From the NCBI GenBank assembly GCA_014727915.1, contig WJMO01000006.1, positions 160,001-224,000 of the forward strand: a DNA stretch of 64,000 bases. Reading direction: 5' to 3'. Below the pieces are notes generated by a model that had not been told where the DNA came from, searched no databases, and worked only from the letters and a program-made list of their open reading frames with translations. A program made the translations under genes and the position numbers. Shown here piece after piece: positions 28,440-37,879 of this stretch; position 1 is the first letter of the stretch; each line of letters opens with the position of its first letter. Source of the DNA: Candidatus Altiarchaeales archaeon (GTDB lineage: Archaea; Altiarchaeota; Altiarchaeia; IMC4; SCGC-AAA252-I15).

Positions 28440-28663
28440 TGGCATCGAAGCTGCCCATCGTTTCTGGCAAACAAGCAGTCAAAGCGTTCAACAAACTTGG
28501 TTATGCTGTTATTAGAAGGAGGAGTAGCCATATTCGCCTGGAACATGAAAGTAAGAAAAAGATAACAATCCCAGACCACAAAACACTAGGAAAAGGAATA
28601 CTAAGAAAACTAATCCGCGATGCTGAGATAACAATAGAAGAATTCAACAAATTACTAAAGTAA
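28436..28663 (+). CDS. hicA: HicA-family toxin
   Basis: LPIVSGK...LGY...SSH...TIPDH..LGKGILRKLIR; overlaps hicB stop. Confidence 0.9.
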   Translation: MMASKLPIVSGKQAVKAFNKLGYAVIRRRSSHIRLEHESKKKITIPDHKTLGKGILRKLIRDAEITIEEFNKLLK

Positions 28664-28728
28664 AATTTTCACCCCAATTCTTTAAAGGAGTTCAACACCC
28701 CCCAAATCAACGAATCCTCATCCGACTC

Positions 28729-28894
28729 AATGAAGCTCTCGAAGCGATCGAAAAGGAAGCCAACAAATTCTTCGTGCAATTGTCCAAGAACAAGCAGTTC
28801 AGAACTTGGCTGGAGAAGACGTTCACAGCCCCGAAGATCGAGGCGGGGTTGAGTTTGCCCTTTTTTTCGGTTGCCGGTTTCGAAGCCCCAGGAG
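28729..28894 (+). repeat. Right-end repeat copy 1 (coding remnant plus att)
   Basis: Aligns with 41741-41916; reads NEALEAIEKEANKFFVQLSKNKQFRTWLEKTF...FEAPG. Confidence 0.85.
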
Positions 28895-29021
28895 CAACCA
28901 CCAACCCACAACCAAGAAAAAGAGCCAAATAGCAAATCAGCTAGAATTAAGCTAAACCCGTCGAAACTACCAACACACAACCAAGAACAGAAGCCAACAG
29001 CGTGTTAGGGTCCTTTTTCTG

Positions 29022-29858
29022 CTATGTTTTTTTGAATTTAAGGTGTATTATCTCTGGTTGGGCGAAGAATCTTATAGGTAGTCCTGTCACTCCTACTCCA
29101 TTTGTTATTATGACTTTTGTGTGTTCTGTTTCCACGATGCCACTTATGTATTTTTCACCGTAGTCGCTTGTCTTGTAGGGGGTCCATAAACCGAAGAAAG
29201 TGACCTGTCCACCGTGTGTGTGCCCTGCTAACATAAGGTCTATTTTGTCTGTTTTAATCTCTTCTGCGTAGTCTGGATTGTGTGAGATAAGGATTACAAA
29301 GTCCTCTTCTGAAACATTCTCTATTGTTGGTTGTATGTCCTGTGTGTCTTCCCATATGTCTCCGACGCCACCTACCCTAATCTTGTTCCCATTATCTGTA
29401 ATCCATTCACCCTGGTTGTCGACGAGCGTTATATCGGCCTCCTCTAGGGCTTTCCTTGCTTGTTCTGCATCAGCCCAATGTTCATGATTGCCTAACACAC
29501 CATAGACTCCCAGAGGTGCATGGAGGTCTTTTAATTCTCCTATGCAGGGGTCAATGTATTTTATGTCATCGTAGATGTAGTCGCCACCCAACAAAATAAT
29601 ATCTGGTTCGAGGTCGTTAATCATCCCTATTATGTCTCTTGTCCTCTCAACTGACAACAGGGGACCGCAGTGTATGTCAGCCACGAAAACAGCAGTCTTA
29701 CCATTAAACGAACTGGGAACATCCTCGTCAACAATATCTATCTCATTAACTCGAATAAGATATGCCTCAATGAACGAATAGGCAAAACATAAAAGAAACA
29801 CCATTCCCATACCGACTAGTATCCTTTTCCACCGCATCTCAAACCATATAACCCCCAA
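29022..29858 (-). CDS. Metallophosphoesterase (YkuE-like)
   Basis: ADIH, GGDY, GNHE, SHNPD, AGHTHGGQ. Confidence 0.92.
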   Translation of the reverse strand: MGVIWFEMRWKRILVGMGMVFLLCFAYSFIEAYLIRVNEIDIVDEDVPSSFNGKTAVFVADIHCGPLLSVERTRDIIGMINDLEPDIILLGGDYIYDDIKYIDPCIGELKDLHAPLGVYGVLGNHEHWADAEQARKALEEADITLVDNQGEWITDNGNKIRVGGVGDIWEDTQDIQPTIENVSEEDFVILISHNPDYAEEIKTDKIDLMLAGHTHGGQVTFFGLWTPYKTSDYGEKYISGIVETEHTKVIITNGVGVTGLPIRFFAQPEIIHLKFKKT

Positions 29859-30089
29859 TCAATAAATATTTCTGGATTTCACTCTAACAACAAACAGATA
29901 TATGGCTCTAAAGGTCCATCTCCCCATCAAAAGGCTATATTGCACCAGAACAAACAGGTGAGCTACAAGAACAAACAGGGTAGGGTGTTGTCTTGTCTTG
30001 TGAAGTCTCCTTGGCCTGTTTGGGCTGAATATTGGTTTTTATCCTGTCTTGTATGCTAGGATGATGGTTCCTTGATCCTTGCCTGTATT

Positions 30090-30551
30090 TTAAGGAATAA
30101 TCTCGTTGTGGATGTAACTATGAGCAGCTAAGGAATATGCCCCACTAATGGCATGGACCATTACACAAGCTATCAGTGAGACTAATGAAAAGATAAAATT
30201 GAAAATAAAAACTGGGATTATTATTCGGTTACGTCTTGAATTAACTTTTTTCTCTAGATAGACATGTATGCTGGAAAAACCAATCCCATAACAGATCGGG
30301 TTAATTATCAGAAAAATTTGTTCAATCATTCCCTGCATTAAATTCATGTTCTGTGCATCTGAGAGTAGATTGAATACTGGTTTGGTAAATGTAAGGATGA
30401 TATTTCCAGCTGAGAATATGCTCTGTCCTGCAATAATAAAAATTAGTAGATAGAACATAATCTGCAAGACAATAATAAAAAAAGCAATTAGGGCCGACTT
30501 TATCCATTTGTTTTCTTGTGAAAAAATCTTGCGCCTTAAGTTACCTAGCAT
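30090..30551 (-). CDS. Small multi-TM protein, paralogue of 35636-36091
   Basis: Shared motifs FFII..Q, TF..PV.N..S..N, IN.I.Y, EK..N. Confidence 0.7.
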   Translation of the reverse strand: MLGNLRRKIFSQENKWIKSALIAFFIIVLQIMFYLLIFIIAGQSIFSAGNIILTFTKPVFNLLSDAQNMNLMQGMIEQIFLIINPICYGIGFSSIHVYLEKKVNSRRNRIIIPVFIFNFIFSLVSLIACVMVHAISGAYSLAAHSYIHNEIIP

Positions 30552-30575
30552 TTTAGCCTATATCGAGTTCCTTTT

Positions 30576-33500
30576 TTATTCGAAGTTTAGTACTCCGTCC
30601 CGCAATTTGAATGTTCCGTTGTCTAGTTCTATTTTGGAGTCTGCGATTGATACTGTCAGTTCCCTTGCAGTGAATGTTGATTCTATCACTCTCATTGTGC
30701 CGTTGACGTAGATGTCGTCTACTGTACAAGTGTTGTCTGAGGTAACATTCCAGTCTCCGTATTCGGGGCATGATTCTCCACTGCATCCTGCTTCGAGTTG
30801 GATGGTTATGTTGATTGCTTCGCTGGTTGAGTATATGCCCTCTGTTGTCTCTATTTCTATAGTGAATTCGTAGCTGTTGCCGGATGTCCCTGTTGCGTTG
30901 ACACTCCAGCTGGGACTGCATGATTGCCCGTATGTCAGTGGTCCACAGTCGTAGGGGTTTTGGCTGGTTGTGTAGAATGGTGTTCCACTATTCATCGGGA
31001 TTGCTCCTTTTCCTATGGTGACCGCTGTGCTGTTTACTGCGGTCCCGTTCATGTATTCGTCTCCTGGCGTGATTTCGCATATTATGCCATCTCCTATTGT
31101 GTAGTTGGAGTATTCCAGCGTATTGCTTGTTTCATCGCTTATCACTTCACCGTTTTTGAACCAGCGGTAATGGGCAGTTGGCGTGTCATCGTCATCCCCT
31201 AGTCCCAGGTGGTTGCATTCCAGGTTCTCGCTGTACGGTGGCGAGGAGGGCAGTATGTATGCAAGAGTGACATAGGGTTTGCATCCTCCTCCGCTAACGC
31301 AAGATGATGTGCAGGTCACTTCTGTGTCGTTCCATGTTCCATCCCCTCCCCCTATGCATGTCCTGTAGCTTTGTCCGTCGCAGTAACGGTAGTTTTGGCT
31401 GTACTGGCTGCCGTCGTGTACGCACCCGTCTGATAGGCTTGAGCAGAATTCCCCGCTGTCGTCATAGTCGTCCGGGTAGCAGTAACCTCCACTACAGACA
31501 TCATCTGGGTCGCTGCCTTCCTGTTCCTTGTCTTCACAGTCTCCGCCATCAGATACTTGTGTTAGGCAGTCTCCGTCTTTGTTGCAGTATTCTCCTGCTG
31601 AACAGTTACTGTGCATTACACACCCGATCGTGTATTCAAGATAAATGTCTTCTGGAAGCCATTGCACTTCGTTCAGTTTAGGATCTGGCTCCCCTGGTGG
31701 TCCATCACAGTCTGTTTCTGATTCGACGTCTAGATGCAGCTTAAATCCTATTATACTCTTGTTTTCGTTTAAGTAACTGTCTTGCACTTCTGTTAGTATG
31801 TCTTCGTCAAGGCTGCAGTCACAATCATGCCATGATCCGTCATCCCAGCTCATATCACAGATGGTCGCTATTTCAGTTGAGCCTATGCCTTTATCGTCGC
31901 ATGATAGGCCTCCAAAATCTTCATCTAGAATGTTTATTGTTAGTTCGTCTCCACTATTGCCTGAACCTATTGCAGAGCAGTCTCCACTGGAACTTCCTTT
32001 TAGCCTCATTGTTTTGACGTCTAAGGTGGCGTTTTCGATGATCTCTGAGATGTTGTATGTCCACCATCCCATGGAAAAATCCCCGTATTCCAGTGCGCTG
32101 CCTGTTGCTCTTATAAGATTGTCTCTTAAGTCGCTTCCACTGCAGTTGTTTTTATCGCAGCTTTGGAAATCTAGTTCTTCTACATCGTTGTATTCTTGAA
32201 GGGGTTTAATAGTCGGGTCTATGATGATGGGATATTCTGCTTCCAATAGCCATTTTTTCGGGAGATTCAATCGTAGGATCGTATCTCCCAACTCTTTGTA
32301 GATTGTATATGATGTGTCGAGTTTTTCACTGTGGTTGTCTGTGATGAACGGCCTCTGTATTGTGAAATACGATAATTCCACTGGTATTCTGCCTTGTTGT
32401 TTCTTTAGTTTGAATGGAATATCTTCTTCAACGAGTTTTTCACTGCCATCCCAGTTTATACCATTGACAATCGGGGTTAAGTGCTCTGGATAATCAAGGA
32501 TATATGTTATTTCAAAGTCCTGTGTTGAAGATGCAAAGAGATTTGAAGAGTCTACAATGATGGATTCCTTTAGCAAATCGTCTGTTAGTTCATACTTGAT
32601 GTCAACACCTTCACCAAGAATATTCGCATAAAATGGTTCGTCGTTAAACATGGATAAGCTGTTTGAATCATAGAATAATTTTTGATTAGTGGTTGGCTTT
32701 ATTTTAAAGGATAGTGTTGTGTCTAATGCTGTGAAATCAACGGTCTTATCCATGTGGAATACTGCACTATAGTGTTTTTTCTCGTATTTAATGTCCTCTT
32801 CGGCTGAAACCAGGGTGGTTGTGGTTGTTGAGGTGTCCATTGTTGTAGTGGTTAGTTCAATTAGGGTGGTGGTTGTAGTTTCAATTGTCGTGGTTGTGGT
32901 CTCTGCTGGGAGGGTTGTAGTGGTTGAGGATGGTTGGAGTGTGATAGTTGTTGTGGTATCTAATAATGGAATGGTGGTGGTTGTCTCACTCGTGGAGGTA
33001 GTTGAGGATGTGCTTGTTGTGCTTACCAGGATTTTGCTTTCATCCTGTGTTGATGAGGCCAGATCTGGATCCAGGATTACGGTAACATTACCACAGTCGT
33101 CTACCAGGCATGTCACGTTCACGGTAAAATCAAAGAACTGATTTTGGTAAACTATTTCAGAAGATACCAAAGGATCAAGAATAGATATATCTACTTTTGG
33201 AAGTGCAAGGACCGTGTAATTGAATACTGCTACGTTGTTGGTTTCGTCCAGTTCTTCGACAGAGTCTTTGCTGTCTGCTATCACGTATACATGGTTGGTT
33301 CCTGTGTTGTTTGTGACGTTCCATGTTAAATCAACAAGATAATCTTCTCCAACGTCAAGCAGGCCCATTGATGAATTATATATTTCTTCTGCTCCGGTGG
33401 GTGTTGCTACTATAATGCTTATTTCCGCGCTTGAGGTAGTTGATGCTAGTGTCCCGTCATTTGTGACCGATGCGTTTATAGTGATGATCTGGTTTTCATA

Positions 33501-35639
33501 GAGGTTCTGTGGCGTGACATTCAAGGTTGAGTTGAAGTCGGGCATATCCGCACCGATTGCCGTGAAAATTGTGTTATGATCAATGAGCGCCCATACGTAT
33601 TTATTGATGGTATCGACTCCAGTTATTGCTTCTTCAAGCCATTCTGAAGCGGTTTCATTCCACCAGTGAATTTTTAGAGTTTCTTCTGGAACGGTTAATG
33701 CACTGGAATTATAGGGGATTTTCAACAAGAAATAATTGAATGATCCACTGATCTCAACATTCACATATTTACCTATGCTACTGTTATCACCGCCAGTTGG
33801 AGCAGAGATTATATCAAATCCTGAGAAATATGCAAGGGAATCCAAACTGTTTAGGATTCCAAGTATGCCCTCTGTTTCGTTAGTTGGTGGTTCTGGTTTT
33901 ACTAGTATTGTTGCATAAGCCTGGTTATTTGCTTCATCAGTTTCTTCAATATCATCTTGGGAGTCTATTTCTACAAATATTGTATGGTTATTTGCATCGG
34001 GGATATTCCATGATACGCCAACTTGTTTACTTCCTCCTGCTTCGACAACATCCGCAATGCTTGAACCTATGTATACTCCTCCATCACTTATGTTACCATC
34101 ATAAAAACTAACATTAACGTCATATGCATTGCTACTACCCTGGTTTTCAACTGTAAATGTAAGGTTAACTAACTCCCCATCATAGTATCTAAAACAGTCC
34201 TGTAGTTGTGTGGTTAGGGATTTGCCATCATATTCTCCCATATTGAAATTCATAAGATCGGCGAGTGTGGGGGCCATATCCAGAACACTGTAGTTAACGT
34301 CTCCATAGCTACATCCGCCGAACCGTGGAGAAATGTACATCATCGGAACAAAGGTATCTGTGCGATAAAGTCCCCCGTGCATGCCCTCTTTTTCTTCGTT
34401 CATGATGTAATAGCCTGATTCGACATTGGATAGAATGATTATGTCCCCTGCCCGTTGAGGATAAAGCATATTGACCCTATCAGCAAAGGGGTAGTCTGAG
34501 GGATCAAGAGAATCCAGGCTTGCAGAATTATTATTTCCTGTATAGACTTTATACTCTGATTCCCCCTCATATCTCACCAGTACCTTGTCTATTCCATCCA
34601 TATCATACAAAGCCTGAGCAGCACGGTTAACTGTGGCATTAGTCGGATAAGCATCCCAGGGTATTGAATAACTAGTTTGATTAAACTTCAGATATACATA
34701 AGCGGAATTACCAATGGTTGCGACAACCGCAGTAGTATTACTATAATCATTTAAAAGAAGATAATTAGTTTTTGGTTCAGTGGCAAAATCTTCACCCTCA
34801 AGAACACTCTCGATATCTTCACGAGATATGGCTAATGACGAATTCACATCACTTTGTCCATGATCACTTATTACAACAATTAAAGTGTCCTCACTCTTAT
34901 TGAGACTCATCAATTTTCCATAAATACTATCGACTACATTTATCTCATTCAATATCATATCATTAGCATCATCAGTATCGGTCCCAGAATAACCACTGAC
35001 ATCATGATAGCCCTGAAGATAAACAACAGTAATATTGTAAGGGCTAGAAAGATGTTCTCTTGTTAGAATACCCATTCCGTTTTCAGCTTTTATGACCCAG
35101 TTTTTTAATTGTAATTTTGCTGAAGCCAATGAAATACCAACCAGACCATATGCTTCATAGTGTATATGTGTAGCATCTTTCTCTAGAAATTCTCCAAATA
35201 ATTGACTTGTTAATTCTGAATTGTCTGCTTTTTTATATATTGTATCCGCTAGCAAATCATTGTTAACACCTAAAAAAGGAATAACTAAATCCGTTTCTAA
35301 TCCAATATTATATGTCCTATATGTTGAACTTGTCCTGTCAAACCAATTTATACCATTTGAACTGTGATTTCTTGGATATCTCCCAGTAAATATGGATGGG
35401 TGCGCAGCTGGCGAGCTCCCTGGAAAGATGGTTGTTGTATTTACGAAGTATACTGAATTTGAAAAAATACGATTTTCACTATTTTCATAACCCCAATATA
35501 GTCGTTCTGAGGGGATTGCATCAATTAGGACGATTACAACATTTTTGAATTGAACATTTTCTGCATTCACAACTGGCAGGAATAATAGGAATACCAAACC
35601 CAAGATTAATAATTGAGTTTTGTATTTTTTCATTATCAT
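30576..35639 (-). CDS. Giant secreted protein: AP-superfamily phosphodiesterase + CARDB + Thr linker + YPxxIDPT module + Cys-rich/Ig-like domains
   Basis: Signal peptide; LIDAI, FPGSSPAAH..TG, SDHG, GMHGG; two E..E.NN CARDB ends; EYPIIIDPT; start at ATGA overlap. Confidence 0.85.
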   Translation of the reverse strand: MIMKKYKTQLLILGLVFLLFLPVVNAENVQFKNVVIVLIDAIPSERLYWGYENSENRIFSNSVYFVNTTTIFPGSSPAAHPSIFTGRYPRNHSSNGINWFDRTSSTYRTYNIGLETDLVIPFLGVNNDLLADTIYKKADNSELTSQLFGEFLEKDATHIHYEAYGLVGISLASAKLQLKNWVIKAENGMGILTREHLSSPYNITVVYLQGYHDVSGYSGTDTDDANDMILNEINVVDSIYGKLMSLNKSEDTLIVVISDHGQSDVNSSLAISREDIESVLEGEDFATEPKTNYLLLNDYSNTTAVVATIGNSAYVYLKFNQTSYSIPWDAYPTNATVNRAAQALYDMDGIDKVLVRYEGESEYKVYTGNNNSASLDSLDPSDYPFADRVNMLYPQRAGDIIILSNVESGYYIMNEEKEGMHGGLYRTDTFVPMMYISPRFGGCSYGDVNYSVLDMAPTLADLMNFNMGEYDGKSLTTQLQDCFRYYDGELVNLTFTVENQGSSNAYDVNVSFYDGNISDGGVYIGSSIADVVEAGGSKQVGVSWNIPDANNHTIFVEIDSQDDIEETDEANNQAYATILVKPEPPTNETEGILGILNSLDSLAYFSGFDIISAPTGGDNSSIGKYVNVEISGSFNYFLLKIPYNSSALTVPEETLKIHWWNETASEWLEEAITGVDTINKYVWALIDHNTIFTAIGADMPDFNSTLNVTPQNLYENQIITINASVTNDGTLASTTSSAEISIIVATPTGAEEIYNSSMGLLDVGEDYLVDLTWNVTNNTGTNHVYVIADSKDSVEELDETNNVAVFNYTVLALPKVDISILDPLVSSEIVYQNQFFDFTVNVTCLVDDCGNVTVILDPDLASSTQDESKILVSTTSTSSTTSTSETTTTIPLLDTTTTITLQPSSTTTTLPAETTTTTIETTTTTLIELTTTTMDTSTTTTTLVSAEEDIKYEKKHYSAVFHMDKTVDFTALDTTLSFKIKPTTNQKLFYDSNSLSMFNDEPFYANILGEGVDIKYELTDDLLKESIIVDSSNLFASSTQDFEITYILDYPEHLTPIVNGINWDGSEKLVEEDIPFKLKKQQGRIPVELSYFTIQRPFITDNHSEKLDTSYTIYKELGDTILRLNLPKKWLLEAEYPIIIDPTIKPLQEYNDVEELDFQSCDKNNCSGSDLRDNLIRATGSALEYGDFSMGWWTYNISEIIENATLDVKTMRLKGSSSGDCSAIGSGNSGDELTINILDEDFGGLSCDDKGIGSTEIATICDMSWDDGSWHDCDCSLDEDILTEVQDSYLNENKSIIGFKLHLDVESETDCDGPPGEPDPKLNEVQWLPEDIYLEYTIGCVMHSNCSAGEYCNKDGDCLTQVSDGGDCEDKEQEGSDPDDVCSGGYCYPDDYDDSGEFCSSLSDGCVHDGSQYSQNYRYCDGQSYRTCIGGGDGTWNDTEVTCTSSCVSGGGCKPYVTLAYILPSSPPYSENLECNHLGLGDDDDTPTAHYRWFKNGEVISDETSNTLEYSNYTIGDGIICEITPGDEYMNGTAVNSTAVTIGKGAIPMNSGTPFYTTSQNPYDCGPLTYGQSCSPSWSVNATGTSGNSYEFTIEIETTEGIYSTSEAINITIQLEAGCSGESCPEYGDWNVTSDNTCTVDDIYVNGTMRVIESTFTARELTVSIADSKIELDNGTFKLRDGVLNFE

Positions 35640-36091
35640 ATTAAACCCCACACCATAACAATTGGAATAAAAATCAAACATGAATAGAAAATCAACAAAA
35701 TAGATAAGAGAATTATTTTATAGTTAGGTGAGTGATTAAATCTTTTTTCAAACAAGTATAGCATTCCTAAGAAAATAGGAGTGTAAAAAATACCATTAAT
35801 GCCTACAGTAAGCATTGACAAAATAATAAAAAGATATACTCCAAGTAAAGAGAGTGTATTCAGTATTTCATTATTGGTATTAGAGATGGCATTTAACACT
35901 GGATCGAAAAAAGTCATTATATGACCAAATAGTTCAAAAAAAAGACTAATTACAAGCCCATATTGAAAAACTAAAATGAGAATGAAGATTGTTTGAGATA
36001 CTAGTAAAATTATAAAAAAGAGGATAGATGTTAAATGTCTCAACCAGTTTTCTTTTATATCCTTTTGTATAGTGGCTAGTGTCTTGTTCAT
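35636..36091 (-). CDS. Small multi-TM protein
   Basis: ATGA overlaps at both ends; paralogue of 30090-30551. Confidence 0.75.
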   Translation of the reverse strand: MNKTLATIQKDIKENWLRHLTSILFFIILLVSQTIFILILVFQYGLVISLFFELFGHIMTFFDPVLNAISNTNNEILNTLSLLGVYLFIILSMLTVGINGIFYTPIFLGMLYLFEKRFNHSPNYKIILLSILLIFYSCLIFIPIVMVWGLI

Positions 36092-37797
36092 CTTATTCTA
36101 AAAAATATTATGTTTGCGTTTTTTGCGACTAGGTCTGGGTTTCCTTGTTGGCAGCCGCTTGGGTCATTGCATACGTATCCGGGGTCGCATTCTATGATGT
36201 TTCCGAATGTGCCTGATGTGCATTGTTTGTATGCTGTGGTGTTGTAGCAGTGTTTGTCTCCTTCGTTGTATATTGTGCTGTCGTGTACGCATTTGTCTTC
36301 TTCATCGCAGAAGTATCCTATCCCGTCGTATTCATCTAGCACGCATTCTTCGTAGTCGTGGGGGCAGGCTTCCTCGTCGTCGTTGTCTGCTGTTACGTTT
36401 TCACATGGGTCTCCGTAGTCTAGGTCTCCTTCGCACATGTATGTGATGTTGCAGAATTCGTCTGCGAAACAGTTTCCTGTCGAGGACGTGCAGTTTATGG
36501 CGTATTCTATGAACAATTGTGTCCCGCCTTTGTTGATGCCATAATAGTAATCATGGTCGTTTTGGCCTGGTTGCTCGTCCTGAGGCAATTCAGGGGCTAT
36601 GTCTGTCTTGAAGGCTAGGTATTCGTCTCCGTTTAATGCGTCTTGAAATATGTCTGTTATGTCGAGTGTTTGGCTTCCCTGCTCTGAGCATGTGTCCTCG
36701 TACATGAGGGTGACGAGGCTTGAACTGGTATTGACATCTGCGTTGTTTGAGCAGTCTGGCGTTTCTGTGAATGAGTTGACTCGGAATAGCTGGATATTGT
36801 ATCCAGAGGGCATGTATTCTTCTCCTACGCATGAGCCATAGTAGTGTAGTGTGGCGTGGTGTGCTGTTTTCCAGTTAAGGTGTGAGACGTTGAATCTGAA
36901 TAGTGGCTTTGAGACTCCTTCGTATGCGCTTCCCCAGCAGAAGGGTTGTGTTTTGAATTGTATGTAGTCTGGCTCTTCAAAGATGTCCTCGCATGCGTTC
37001 GTGTTCGTGCTGCAATTGTTCAGGTTCTGCCATTTGAAATAGTTTTCATCGCCGCCAATCTTGACTGTTGGATCTATCTCTATTGGATACTGGGCCTCGT
37101 TAAGCAGTTTATATGGTATTTCTAGGCTTAATTTTATCTTTTCTTTTTCTTTTGTGAGCCGGTAAACTAGAGGTTCAATCTTTCCAGTGTTGTCTTCGAT
37201 TGTAGGTGCCTCTATCAAAAATACTGTCGGGTCTTGGTAGATAATCCCCTGTTTTGTCTTTAGCTTGAATGGAATGTCTTTGTTGGTGGTTATTTCGTTG
37301 CCCATCCATTTTTTCCCTTCAACGTATATGTCAGTGTCTTCAGAGTATATCAAAGTGAAGTCGATGCTTACCGTGGAAGACGACAAGGAGGGTATGCTGT
37401 TTTTTTCATCGATGATTATCTTTTCCTTGACTTTATTTGGCAGCATCTGGTATTCCATGTCGATTCCTTTTCCGAAGACATCATAGTATGTGACCTGTTC
37501 GGAGTCTGTAAAGTATGGGTTGAATGAAGGGGATGTTCTTTCGAGAGTATTCAATGAGTCTGGCTTGAATTGAAGATTGCTATTGCCAACAGATACTTGC
37601 ATGCCCCTGTCTTCGGGGCTTGATTTGAAGATTATATTGTAGGTGTTTGTATTCATGCCATAGTCTGTTTCAATCCTCATGCCCTCATAGCTAGGCGTGA
37701 TATCGGGTTCAGGGGAGGGGGCACCAAAGACCGTAGAAACAGAGAGAATAAGAAAGGTGCAAAGAATCCACGATACACATTCTCGCTTAAATCGCAT
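36088..37797 (-). CDS. Secreted YPxxIDPT-module Cys-rich protein
   Basis: Signal peptide; DIPFKLK.KQG, QYPIEIDPTV and CVHD shared with the giant protein. Confidence 0.8.
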   Translation of the reverse strand: MRFKRECVSWILCTFLILSVSTVFGAPSPEPDITPSYEGMRIETDYGMNTNTYNIIFKSSPEDRGMQVSVGNSNLQFKPDSLNTLERTSPSFNPYFTDSEQVTYYDVFGKGIDMEYQMLPNKVKEKIIIDEKNSIPSLSSSTVSIDFTLIYSEDTDIYVEGKKWMGNEITTNKDIPFKLKTKQGIIYQDPTVFLIEAPTIEDNTGKIEPLVYRLTKEKEKIKLSLEIPYKLLNEAQYPIEIDPTVKIGGDENYFKWQNLNNCSTNTNACEDIFEEPDYIQFKTQPFCWGSAYEGVSKPLFRFNVSHLNWKTAHHATLHYYGSCVGEEYMPSGYNIQLFRVNSFTETPDCSNNADVNTSSSLVTLMYEDTCSEQGSQTLDITDIFQDALNGDEYLAFKTDIAPELPQDEQPGQNDHDYYYGINKGGTQLFIEYAINCTSSTGNCFADEFCNITYMCEGDLDYGDPCENVTADNDDEEACPHDYEECVLDEYDGIGYFCDEEDKCVHDSTIYNEGDKHCYNTTAYKQCTSGTFGNIIECDPGYVCNDPSGCQQGNPDLVAKNANIIFFRIR

Positions 37798-37879
37798 TCA
37801 AAACCACCACAATTAGCTATTTGATGAGGATAATATAAAGCCCTTGAATATGTTTAAACATGGGATTACGGTTGTTTGA

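Larger units (their letters stand above)
28056..28894. mobile_element. Small decayed tRNA-Thr-integrated element A carrying hicBA
   Basis: Bounded by AGCCCCCGGAG (28056) and AGCCCCAGGAG (28884), copies of the tRNA 3' end; both ends homologous to element B. Confidence 0.75.

Noticed and set aside
32800-33030. ACN-rich tracts (also 8230-8350)
   Set aside because: Ordinary poly-Thr linkers of archaeal surface proteins
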